DNA of 63,951 nt, counting the filler, from Octopus bimaculoides (Eukaryota), in assembly GCF_001194135.2 (NCBI RefSeq). It is 6 parts of 6 records of this genome, joined end to end, with 100 filler letters (N's around TTAATTAATTAA, not from the genome) between each part and the next. Parts side by side here need not be neighbours in the genome. Positions count along the whole stretch, not along the records: positions 31,877 to 54,884 come from NC_069001.1; positions 54,985 to 57,060 come from NC_068986.1; positions 57,161 to 59,064 come from NC_069004.1; positions 59,165 to 62,551 come from NC_068990.1; positions 62,652 to 63,951 come from NW_026416882.1; 1 more part is not named here. One strand, given 5' to 3'. Under the pieces are notes generated by a model, which saw nothing but the letters and a program-made list of their open reading frames with translations, had not been told where the DNA came from and made no database searches. Positions 50,524 to 63,951 of the stretch are shown piece after piece (within the stretch, counting starts at the first letter, position 1; each line of letters starts with the position of its first letter). Both the position numbers and the translations under genes were made by a program.

Positions 50524-51278
50524 AATAAATTAAATAGGGTGGCTTGTTAGCAATTAGAACCTAAAGGCAAAATTAATAGGGATCACAAAAGCGACAGAAG
50601 ATACTGACTAGCTCAACTTCTGCTAAAGATAAGAGTTAAACTAACTCAAAGCCACAAACGCACTATCTTAAGTGACTGACAAAGGGAGGTAAGTCCCCAG
50701 TGTACATAGCCGGATTGCGATTTCAGATTTTGCTGAGGACCATCTTTTTCCTCATTAGCGGCTCTTAACAGCTACATGACACTAGATAAGTAGAAATAAA
50801 AGTGGCAGAGGGTAGTGACTAGCACCGCTTTTGCTAATGATAAGGATTAAACTAACTCTGCAAACGCACTGTCTCATAAGACTGACAGACAGACAGACAC
50901 ATTGCCTACAGCCCAGTTTCTCTTTCTTTTCTTTCCAGACAATGTGTAAGGCAACTCTGTTTTTATATGAAACCAGAGAAGCCGTTAAGATATATGAACG
51001 TCACAATATAAAACCGGTTAACAGTCGTTCTGGTCATTTGCTCAATGAAATAGACGCTACACTGATGGTTATTATCCTCATATCAATACTTACAAACATA
51101 TGTTTGTGTATATGTCTTTGTGTGTAGTGTGCTAGAACGTGCATGTGTACGCATAACAGCACGTGTATACTGTATATATACACACATGCATACACTATAG
51201 ATAAAAATCCGTATATATATATGCTTCTATATCTATGTACATGTGTGGTTATATATATATATATATATGTATATATAT

Positions 51279-51351
<73 letters not shown>

Positions 51352-53204
51352 CGTACATTATAGATAAAAATACGTATATATGTATGCATACGTATGTTTA
51401 TTTTTACATATGCATGTATATATATAATGTATTATATATGCGTGTGTGTGTTTATATAATGTATACACGTATGTGCGTATATGTGTGTGCATGTGTGTCC
51501 GTATGTGTGTGTGTATGTAGACACAATCTATGTCTGTTTGTATTATAAATAATGTTCCCTGCAGGTTTGCAGTCAGATTGAATACAATAAAACAAGACAT
51601 GTGTCCAAAAAGTCTTTGTAGATGTTTCCTTTTGTAAATATTCTAATTGCGAAGACAAAGAAGAACGAAGAAGAATTTCAGTTTCGTTTCGTTTCTTTTC
51701 CTGTCTTTTCCGTTTCTTTGACTTCTCTGTCCTTTTGTTCGAACACCGTATTGTGGTGCTAAGCTGCCGGAGTACATAACCACCTATCAAATTCAAAGTT
51801 GTTATGGAGAAGATTTAATACCATAAAGCCGAGTTTTATGAAACTATGTGGTGTAGCTGAAGAGGAATGCTTTCGTTTGTGTATGTNNNNNNNNNNNNNN
51901 NNNNNNNNNNNNNNNNNNNNNNNNNNNNNNNNNNNNNNNNNNNNNNNNNNNNNNNNNNNNNNNNNTTATCGAAAATCGAAACTGTGTTAATAGTCTCACA
52001 AAACTTGAGTCATTCCTCTTCAATTGCAGCGTCGACCAACATCGATTTCTTTTAATAGACGAACGCCGTTCGTGAACTTTTTTCAACTTCTCTGAAATTA
52101 GTGGAAGGGTGGATGGAAGATGTGAAAATATCGTTGAAATACTTGCAATGTGTAGGAGTTAGATAAAAGCACCGAAGTGTTGGTGTTAAACAGAACTTCG
52201 GGTGAATGCACAAACTCTCAAATGTTCAGAATGGGTAAACCTGATTAGATCCTCATCAGTACTAAACGCAAGTCGAATTCTATTTTATCAAAAATGGGAA
52301 GATAAAAGACAAGCAGGATAGCGGCCTGGGATGCCACGTCGTAGGTTTGGAATATTCCGAGGAACACAATAGGAAAATATGAAAACAAGAAACACAATAA
52401 GTGCTGGTTTGGCTGTGTTGTTATGAAGCTCGCTTTGCAGTCACATGGTTTAGAGTTCAGTCCTGCTGCAAGGTATCTTGGATAGTCATCGTCTAGTATT
52501 CTACCTGTGGAAGTCGACCTTGGCTGGATTTGAACACAAAACCTAAAAAGGCCTAAGTGAACACTAGCACTACTGTTATCCACAGTTCTTCTGGTTCAGC
52601 CAATCCTCCTGTTTCCAAAATTAATCAGAAATCATGAAGGAACGAACTGAATACTTTACAGTATTTCGTCGCTTTTTAAGTTCTTCGTTCAAATCTTGTT
52701 AAAGTCGACTATGATACTCAAACCTACGTGTTCGATAAAATAAATACCAGTCGTGTACTTGGGATACATTCAATCCTTGATACACCTTCCCATCAAATGT
52801 ATGGTGTTGTATCATCCTATGAAATCAGTGTTACACAGCGTTCTTCAAACTAGATCTGCATCTGCTGCGCCCCTAATTTAAAACTACACTGAGGCATTAA
52901 TATTATCGTTACGAGTTCGATACCAGGCAAGAGGGTAAAATTATAAATTCAAATTGCAAAATTCAGTTTATTCAGTTTAAATACAAAGTATCTTTGAAAA
53001 TATTAATTAACTTTACCACTATAATAATTTTCAGACAAATAGATATTATATTTGGCGCGTTTTCATTTGGGTAAGTTACTGGAATTTAGGCTGTCTTTTC
53101 CAGCGAAGGCTAAATAAAAATGATATTTTGATATTATTGAACTTAAAATATTCATTTGGACTATATTGTATATCATATTCTGCAAATCCAGTACATACGT
53201 AATC

Positions 53205-53490
53205 TTTTCTGTTCTAGGTAGGAGGCCACTCGATTTGATCGACCCCAATACCCAACTGGTACTTAATTTATCAACCCCGAAAGGATGAAAGGCAAAGTCA
53301 ACCTCGGCGGAATTTGAACTCAGAACGTAAAGACAGACGAAATACCGCTAAGCATTTCACCCGGCGTGCTAACGTTTCTTATTTCTTTATTACCCACAAG
53401 GGGCTAAACGTAGAGGGGACAAGCAAGGACAGACAAAGGGATTAAGTCGATTACATCGACTCCAGTGCATAACTGGTACTTAATTTATCA
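53205..53490 (-). mobile_element. SINE family B copy plus a 3' piece with a different tail
   Basis: 53205-53378 is the reverse complement of family B. 53379-53490 repeats GATAAATTAAGTACCAGTT with an alternative tail. Confidence 0.9.
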
Positions 53491-53568
53491 TACTGCTATC
53501 TACCCTTCCCATATTCACGGGAATTTTTTCTTCTGGAGCATTCATCAAGTCAGTGAGTCGTCTTTGAA

Positions 53569-53722
53569 TTTACGTTCTGAGTTCAAATTCCGCCGAGGTC
53601 GACTTTACCTTTTATCCTTTCGGGGTCGATTAATTAAGTGCCAGTTGCGTACTGGAGTCGATCTAATCGACTGGCCCCCTCCCCCCAAAATTTCTGGCCT
53701 TATGCCTAGAGTAGGAAAGAAA
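53569..53722 (+). mobile_element. SINE family B, 5'-truncated
   Basis: 73/79 identity to the reverse complement of 53253-53331. Confidence 0.9.
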
Positions 53723-53754
53723 AGAATTTCAGATTCAAATGTCTGTTACCTCGA

Positions 53755-54000
53755 AGCTTAGTGGTTGGGGTGTTGGCCTCACGATCGTAAGATCGTTGGC
53801 TGGATTGCCCCCACAGGGTATCACGTTGTGTTTTTGAGCAAGTCTCTTCCTTTGCCGCTGCTCCAGTCCATGCAGTTTTAAATGGCCGCCTTCCGATCAG
53901 GGGAAAATGTTGGTTTGCTCGCCTAGCCAGAGGAGTGGCGTCTATTCGTAAGCTTAAAAATTATGCGAAGCGCATTGTGACCGGTGTTTCTTATTGGGGG
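53755..54000 (+). mobile_element. SINE with a family C-like head and a different body
   Basis: GCTTAGTGGTT..GGTGTTGG..CACGATCGTAAG head; body ends GCGAAGCGCATTGTGACC. Confidence 0.7.
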
Positions 54001-54009
54001 TTGGTATTG

Positions 54010-54650
54010 AAGTGGGGAATACTGAGATATGCAAAGGTGTATGGAATTGAATAGAGGGAGGTGAGTAGAGAGAGAAAAGAGTTGACCAGTCAAAATCTAA
54101 ATGAGTGGAGTAGTGTTAAGTGCTTTAGACGGAAGCGGAGAAGTGAGAAAAGGAAAAGGGAAAGAATACCATCTGTTAGGGTTGGGAGGCTACGAGAGGG
54201 GTGGAATGTAGTGGATTAGGGGAATTTATAAAGATAATAACGAGAAAGAATAGTTTAATAAGAAGAGTGTTTTTAGTTGAGGTGGTAAGTTGCTAGGCTG
54301 ACATTATTGTAACTCAATTTTTATTTTAGTTAAGGATACTTATAATTATAGGATTACATATATTTAATAAAATCGACAATGATGAGTAGAATCTGTGTTT
54401 ACAAGACAATATTATATCTGAGAATCTAGTAAGCAATAAGGGGTGTGGTGGAGAAGGATGGTTAGCGATTCTTTAGAACATAATTTACAAATAACTATGT
54501 TTGCGTTGTATGGGGGAACCTCAAAATAGACGAGGATAGAGTAATGGGAACATTTTGAGATTTGAGGTTGAGTATATAAGTTTCTTAGGATATAGATAAT
54601 TTAGAATTTGGATTGGAGAAAGAGTTCATATGTGCACGGTAATATTAAAT
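54010..54650 (-). mobile_element. Very old CR1-group LINE 3' region
   Basis: Purine-rich strand with weak similarity (SLPTL...LSLF...SIPYT..IPH.NT) to the same tail as 37640-38200. Confidence 0.35.
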
Positions 54651-54790
54651 TGTAATCGTACTATGGATGCGGATAATAAATCAAAAACAGCATGCTACAT
54701 TAGGAAATACGCGTAGTGATGCATTAAAATATTCCATCTTTGGGTTATTATTAAGATATACGTGTGTGTGTATGTACGTATGTATGTATA

Positions 54791-54853
54791 TATTCTTTTA
54801 TTCTTTTACTTGTTTCAGTCATTTAACTGCGGCCATACTGGAGCACCGCTTTA
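54791..54853 (-). mobile_element. SINE family A, 3' tip
   Basis: TTTTACTTGTTTCAGTCATTTAACTGCGGCCATACTGGAGCACCGC. Confidence 0.85.
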
Positions 54854-54884
<31 letters not shown>

Positions 54885-54984
54885 NNNNNNNNNNNNNNNN
54901 NNNNNNNNNNNNNNNNNNNNNNNNNNNNTTAATTAATTAANNNNNNNNNNNNNNNNNNNNNNNNNNNNNNNNNNNNNNNNNNNN

Positions 54985-55018
<34 letters not shown>

Positions 55019-55374
55019 CATATAGATAGATAGATAGATAGTCAGATAGATAGATAGATAGATTCTATAATTAGATGTCCAAATACAAGTTGTTCGAGTA
55101 CAGTTCCTTAAGTTCAGTTGGATTAATCAGTATTGTGGGTGTTATGTTTACATTAGTTGTGTATGGTGAGGATTGTAATATGTGAATGTGTGTTTAGCTG
55201 CACGAAGGCATCTGGGTAGTTCTTCGTTGAATATATGTATAATGTGCTCGTTAAGATTATTGGGAGTGACTCTTCAGAACAGCTGGCATTTCTGGTATAT
55301 AATACTGTAGGGACTTGCATGACGATCATTTATGCCGAGCACTTGTCATTAATCGTCCTTATGAGTGCAAGGGA

Positions 55375-57060
<1,686 letters not shown>

Positions 57061-57592
57061 NNNNNNNNNNNNNNNNNNNNNNNNNNNNNNNNNNNNNNNN
57101 NNNNTTAATTAATTAANNNNNNNNNNNNNNNNNNNNNNNNNNNNNNNNNNNNNNNNNNNNGGGTGGGTCATTCCAGGGTGTGATATGGGTGTGTGTGGGG
57201 GGTGGGGGTGAGAGTGGAGGGAATGCTTATGTCTGTGACTGGCTAGGTACATGGGAGTCTGTGAGGCAATAGAGAAAGTGTGTATGTGCATGTGTATATC
57301 TATTTCTGCATCTGTCTGTGTGTGCATACGTGTATGTGAGCATGTGTGTTGTGTATGTGTGTATGTATGTGTGTGTGTGTGTGTGTGTGTGTACATGTGA
57401 TTGTTGTATTGTAGTAGTGGAGGCGTGGTCAGGGCCATTTCATTCATAGAGTATCCCTTAGGTGTGTTACACATAGACACACACTTACAGATATATATAT
57501 ACACACACACACACATAAACACACACTCACACACACACAATACATATGCACATTGATACACAAACAAAACTTTCATGTAAACAATTCTGCAT

Positions 57593-57632
<40 letters not shown>

Positions 57633-57934
57633 AAAATTAATAATAAAAGGGTAAAATTAATTAATTAAATTAAATAATTAATCAATCAATTAATTAATAA
57701 TTTTACCAAGTAGATCCATATGTTAAAATAACCTTTATAGGTAAAATTATACAAATATTCTATAATTATAAACATAATTATAATTAGGGGGGTCAGCTAA
57801 TTGCTTCACCACATAAGGAATTTAGAAATAGGAGTTAAAAATTCTGTTTCTACTATGGTAAGAATCCCCCAGACAGTAACACACTTTTTTACATAGGCAA
57901 AGAGAAAACTAAGGAATCAACATGTCTTCAAGTA

Positions 57935-57995
57935 GCCACAGATGCGTTTCGAGATTAAAGTGATTAATTTACTTACTTCTTGTCATCAGTGTAGC
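57935..57995 (-). ncRNA. Decayed type I hammerhead motif (PLE pLTR-type)
   Basis: Minus strand GCTACA-CTGATGA-C-AAGA...TCTC-GAAAC-GC-ATC-TGTGGC. Two G>A changes away from a canonical motif with an ACGCGT helix III. Confidence 0.55.
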
Positions 57996-58489
57996 ATTTC
58001 CATTATAAAATTTGTGCACACAGACACATATGCACGCATACTCACACACATGTGCACACACAGACACACACACACACATGTGCACACACACATGCACAAA
58101 CATACACACACATACATACGCACACACACACTCGCACACACTTGCACACACACACATGCACGCACACACACATGTATACACAGACTCACACACATATGCA
58201 CACACACACACACAGCAAATCATCAATGAAGGGTTCCCTGCAGAGGTGCTGAAGAGGCTGGGGAGAATGGGACATGGTGTATATTAATGAACAGTGAAGT
58301 GTAGCAGGGGGTGTGAGTGGAGGGACAGTAGACCTTGAAATCATAAAGATAGCTGAGAGCTTCCAGTGTGAGAGGGGGAAGGGTAGAGGTAAAAATAGGG
58401 ACGGGTGGGGGGAGGAGAGCTTAGACCCATTTGATGTGCTCCTGGTGATGCTCTTAACCCCCAACACCACCACCACTTCTGCTGCTGCT

Positions 58490-58960
58490 GTTCATGCTGG
58501 ATGATGATGATGATGATAATGATGACCAGGATGATGATGTTGATGATGATGATGATGATGACTATGATCATGATGACCATGATGATGATGAGGAGGAGGA
58601 GGATGGTGAAGGTGATGACCACCACAAGGATGATGGGGACCATGATGATTATGATGATGATGATGATGATGGTGATGATAGAGTGAGGATCAGCAGGATA
58701 GTAAGAAGGGTGGTGCCTGTGTTGTTTGGTAGGGGCTAAGGTATGATGGGGGTTGTGGCAGTCCTGGTAGGGAGTGGTGGTGGTGGTAATAGCAATAGTA
58801 GTAGTGGCTGGGGCAGTGGTGTTGATGGTGTTAATGTTCAAGCTTACCACCAACACCACCACAATGGCCATCAATGTCTCCACCACTGCCTGCAACCACA
58901 CCGCCATCGCCTCCACTACCTATACACCAACACCACCACAAACACCACCACCACTACCTA
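58490..58960. repeat. (GAT)n/(GGT)n/(ACC)n low-complexity block
   Basis: Directly visible; produces spurious poly-D, poly-M and poly-T ORFs. Confidence 0.9.
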
Positions 58961-60153
58961 AGAAAATCATCCCCCCCCCATCCTGTTTCCACCCAACATA
59001 ATGGGAAAAGGATGTGTAAGTTTTTGCTGCCCCTTGGTGCTGAAAGCCTAGCTTCTTGGTAGGTNNNNNNNNNNNNNNNNNNNNNNNNNNNNNNNNNNNN
59101 NNNNNNNNTTAATTAATTAANNNNNNNNNNNNNNNNNNNNNNNNNNNNNNNNNNNNNNNNNNNNAACAATAACAAAATAAAAAAACAGAACAAAAAAAGT
59201 AATACGAATAATAAAAATAATAAAAACACCAATAAAAATGTTATTAATAAAGTGAGACATATGAAATGACTTCCGTGTATTCTTTCTTTAAAAAATGGTA
59301 AAATGAAAAACGGACAGGAAAAGACAGAGAGAAGAAGTTATTGTGGCTGCGCTGCTGATAAGTTGAGTTCTTTTTTGCAACCAATTCAAAGCGTCATTCT
59401 TCCCCTGTCTCATTAATTCAGGACCAATTACATCCTCGCACAGCTTATTGTAATTATTCAACCAATAAATCTGTCAATCGAAAAAAGAAAAGAAAAGAAA
59501 GGGTTAACAAATTAAAGAAATCTTAATTACTTAGTAAATAATTAAATTGATATAACATAGGATTTTAGAAACCTCGAGAGAGCATGAAATAAATCGGTTT
59601 TAATTGTAAAATTTGAAGTAGATAACATGTAGAATATTGCGTTAAAAACTACGAAGATAATAGCGTGTATATATCGGGTTAAAAAAATCCTTGGATGGGA
59701 AAAAAAGTTGAAGGCTGCTCATGGGATTCGAAACCTCATCCCTGAAAGACGTTCTACTATTGTGCCAAAGCAAGCCATCGAATTTTGCCATCCATTTTAG
59801 GCGCTTTGTTCTTAGCTTGAATTTTTGTTTGTCATAAGAATGTAGAAACTTGAATGACATTAAATGTATCGTTTTATTGGAAGAACTCGAAATAGATAAA
59901 GCTATAAATAATAACGCGTAAATATTGGGTGCTAAATGGCGAATTGGCAGTCGTTAGAATGTTTAACAAAATGCTTGGCAGTATTTGTTCTAGCTCTCTT
60001 CACTCAAAGTTCAAATCCCGCCGGTCCTTCCTTCTATCTGGAGGAAACGGTTGCAGTCGAGTCTAAAGACGGATGAACTCATTCAGGTTTAAAAGTGACC
60101 AAAACACACCGTATGTCGTATATCATAAAAGTGCTCCCATTGTTCCATTAAGA

Positions 60154-60378
60154 GTCGGTGAGCTGGCAGAATCGTCAGCACGCCGGGCGAAATGCTTAGC
60201 GGTATTTCGTCTGCCGCTACGTTCTGAGCTCAAATTCCGTTGCGGTCGACTTTGCCTTTCATCCTTTCGGAGTCTATAAATTAAGTACCAGTTGCGTACT
60301 GGCGTTGATCTAATCGACTGGCCCCCTTCCCCCAAAACATCAGATCAGACCTTGTGCCTATAGTCGAAAGGATTATTC
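60154..60378 (+). mobile_element. tRNA-derived SINE family B, full length
   Basis: GGTGAGCTGGCAGAATCG...GTCGACTTTGCCTTTCATCCTTTCGG...TAAGTACCAG; a decayed copy precedes it at about 59938-60035. Confidence 0.9.
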
Positions 60379-62242
60379 CATTAAGAGTCGAGGTCATAAG
60401 GTAAGTTTCTAAAACGTGTCTCTGATGAAAAGAAAAGTGTGTTTCACGTTCAAGTAATGCTAATGATTGTAACAATATTGCTGTTACAGAAACATTTTAG
60501 ACCGCGTTCCATCTGCCAGACGAAAAATGCCATCAAGATGAACGGCAAACACACACCACAAAGTATGCTACAACTACAGTTTCATATAAGTACTGTTCCC
60601 TCGCTCTGTGCCTTTAACTGTTACTACAACTATTTTAAACTAGTGTGACATTATAACAAGCAACCAATCTCACCGCAATAATGTCCCAAGCCTCCCCTAA
60701 TATTCATCGCCATTTTGTCTCAAATCACAAACTCCAGTGTAAGTACTTCCCAATCCTTCCTATCAGAAACGCAGGATTCTGGAACTTTCTCCTTTCCCAC
60801 ATTTTCCTCATAGACATTAAACCACAACAATTCAAGTCTGATATTTCTCTCACTGGCTTCATCAGGTATCTAGAGCCTTCAAACGTCATGAGCATCATCC
60901 TCTTTAGATTAATGTTTAAAAATAGTTGGCCTTCATGATCATAACATAACGCTACCCTTAACAAAATCTCCCTTCCGACGTAACGTTGCCCCTTGACATA
61001 AAATTTCCCTTTAACACAACTCTTTTCCTTAATGTAACACTGCTCTTTTACAGAACTGCTTTTTAACACAAAATATTTTGGGCATGTTGGCCACAAATAA
61101 AGTAGTTGTTTTCACAAAGTTCGTCAAGAGAAATCAGCAAGAACGATTTTCTTTTGATTCCTTCAGGCTCATGCAAAATTATGTACGCTAATCACTGTAA
61201 TTAAAGCAAAATTGTCAGTTTTACGCTATGCATATTCTATATCAATCATGTCACACCGTTAGCATCGCAGTTTATTTTGGTAAATCAATGATAACCTCCT
61301 TCTTAAAGAAGCACGCGTAACATTTAATAATTTCCCTGAGGAAATATTCCTTAGATTTTGTTAACCGTAAATGTGAAACTGTGGCCCCATTCATGCAGCT
61401 TATGGTTTATTGTATAGCGTATGCAAAACATATTTTACATTTCATCAAATATTTCAATTCCTTCCCGAATTATACTGTTGTCCATTGGTAAAGAACCTCA
61501 GCTGTTTACTGTACAAAAATGTACCTTTTGAGATTAAATATATCTGCCAGGAATGTAGTACATTCAATTGTTAATGACATTTTTCACATACCTGGTCTTT
61601 ACTCAGCATAGAATAGTCAATGAGATTCGGTTCGAAAGGTACCAGTGTAATAGGTTTGAATTTGAAAAAATTGAAGTTCATGAAACGATACTGAAAAATA
61701 AAAGCAAGCATTAAAAGACATTTTGCATTAGATGAATAGGTTAAGAGAAATTTGTACACACACATACACATGCATTAAAAAGTAACAACAAAGTCTTCCT
61801 GAATCATAGAAATATACACTGTCAGTCCTAAATTTTTAAGTGGATGAAAAACTAAATTTCTTTCGGGACATTGGTCTACGGTAAGTTTTTTTAGTTTTTT
61901 TTTTTTGTTTTATGGGGAGGGCAGCTGAAATAGCATCAGCAGTGTAACGATGCACTTCTCTGCTGCATTGCGCTATTGCTGTCACTCATGTTGAAACTTA
62001 CAATCTTTCTAAGAATATTTCTGCTGTTATTTAACTCAATGTTCACTTTTACGCACAGAATTCTGTTTGTGTTTCTTGTGCTGTTGTAGAATAATGATAA
62101 TTGTTTCTGATGTAGATTATGTTAAATAACGAACAGCTGAATGCATGCGTGCTAGCGTTTTCAGACAACATCAATGGCGTAGCATGGGTCTTGGCCGTCC
62201 TCTCCTTAGGGGTTTAGAGGTATGTCCTTGCTTCGTAGCGAC

Positions 62243-62281
<39 letters not shown>

Positions 62282-62461
62282 TTTTCCGTTTAACCATAAC
62301 GATACTATTAACCTGAGGTTAGAACTCAATAGACATCATGTTCGAGGTCGTCAGTTGAGTACAGAACAGTAATAAGAAATCAAAATGACAAAGGAAAACA
62401 AAGTGTCATGACATAATTTCTTTTCCTTGTCATATATGTACACACACACGCGCGCACACAC

Positions 62462-62551
<90 letters not shown>

Positions 62552-62761
62552 NNNNNNNNNNNNNNNNNNNNNNNNNNNNNNNNNNNNNNNNNNNNTTAAT
62601 TAATTAANNNNNNNNNNNNNNNNNNNNNNNNNNNNNNNNNNNNNNNNNNNNCCTGTTTTATCATTTTATCTTTGTTTCCTTGTGCTCCCACAAGGGCGGG
62701 TGATGCGATTTGACAGGCGACGTTGGCTGCTATTTCTAGCGAACAACTTTGCTAATTCTAT

Positions 62762-63154
62762 TGTTGTCGGCACTCCGTCGCTTACGACGTCGCGGGTTCC
62801 AGTTGATCTGATCAACGGAACAGCCTGCTTGTGAAATTAACTCGCAAGTGGCTGAGCACTCCACAGACACGTGTACCCTTAAGGTAGTTCTCGCGGGGAG
62901 ATTCAGTGTGACACAGAGTGTGACAAGGCTGACCCCTCTGAATTACAGGCACGACAGAAACAGGAAGTAAGAGTGAGAGAAAGTTATGGGGAAAGAGTAC
63001 AGCAGGGTTCGCCACCATCCCCTGCCGGAGCCTCATGGAGCTTTTTAGGTGTTTTCGGTCAATAAACACTCACAACACCCAGTCTGGGATATCGAAACCG
63101 TGATCCTATGACCGCGAGTCCACTGCCCTAACCACTGGGCCATTGCGTCTCCAC
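62762..63154 (-). mobile_element. SINE family C, full length with (CAA)n tail
   Basis: 3' half is the reverse complement of 21720-21838; tRNA-like head at 63090-63154. Confidence 0.9.
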
Positions 63155-63258
63155 TACTAATTCTAGCGGATCACCTTGGTGTCAGCGGTGGCGTGTGCTT
63201 CTATTAAAAGATCGTGAGACCGGGTCATAATAGCCTAGGTTTGAAAGACATCGTTATT

Positions 63259-63334
63259 GGACGTAGCTGTGTGGTAAGAAGATTGCTTCCCAACCACAAG
63301 TTTCTGGGTTCAGTCCCACCACGTGGCACCTTAG
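63259..63334 (+). mobile_element. SINE family A, head only
   Basis: GTGTGGTAAGAAG..GCTTCCCAACCAC..GGGTTCAGTCCCA..GTGGCACCTT. Confidence 0.85.
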
Positions 63335-63339
63335 ACGGC

Positions 63340-63562
63340 GATGGCGGCGATGGTAGTGGTGATGTGGATGATATGGTATGAAATGATGAAGATAATGCGG
63401 AGGATGATTATGGTGACGATGACGGTAGTGACGATGATGATGGCGTTGATGATGATTATGATGATGATGATGATAACGTCGATGATGATTATGATGATAA
63501 TAGTGATGATGATGATGATAATATCGACGATAATCATCATCATCATCATCATCATCATCATT
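63340..63562. repeat. (GAT)n imperfect tract followed by (CAT)n
   Basis: Directly visible. Confidence 0.9.
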
Positions 63563-63872
63563 AACGATTGACTGATTAATTGATCGTTACGAGGGGACTG
63601 ATTAATTGATCACGTGATCGATACTTTCGTTTCAGACGTTCTTTAAAACACACCTTGTTGTAATTGTCCTAAGCGTCGTCGTCGTCGTCGGCGGCGCTTT
63701 TGTTGTTGGTGTTGTTGTACACAATGCGGTAGTTACTACATTACCGCCGACAGTTCGATGAACCATCCATCCATGCATCCAAACACCCACCCATCCATCC
63801 AGGCAGCCAGCCAACCAGCCAGCCAACCAGTCAACCAGCTAGACATTTGTACACTCTTCTCAAATCTCCTTT

Positions 63873-63908
<36 letters not shown>

Positions 63909-63951
63909 CGTGCGTGCACACACACGACCATATATATATATATATATATAT

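Noticed and set aside
58494-58739. Asp/His-rich ORF
   Set aside because: A (GAT)n microsatellite; equally long poly-M and poly-I frames overlap it and there is no exon evidence.

Overview
AT-rich, microsatellite-saturated eukaryotic scaffold with many N gaps. The SINE families and repeat load suggest an octopus or other coleoid cephalopod (inference from recognition, not a search). Only one host gene is supportable: a 3-exon, 351-aa class A peptide GPCR on the + strand (42497-43264, 44746-44955, 45336-45413), most like the luqin/RYamide-GPR83-leucokinin-tachykinin receptor group but with several motif changes. The rest is mostly decayed mobile DNA: Penelope-like (PLE), R4-type RLE, RTE and CR1-group LINE pieces, Tc1 and mariner relics, a Helitron-like element with a nested foldback MITE, and more than 25 tRNA-derived SINE copies. 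The most notable signal is a set of unrelated minimal type I hammerhead ribozyme (HHR) motifs with palindromic helix III. One is essentially intact, behind a collapsed tRNA-type head next to a Penelope GIY-YIG remnant (3214-3259). One has a compensatory U3:A8 core and lies antisense in GPCR intron 1 (44239-44281). Four more are decayed. All calls were made by eye; no searches or folding were run. Most ORF-track entries are microsatellite or N-run artefacts.
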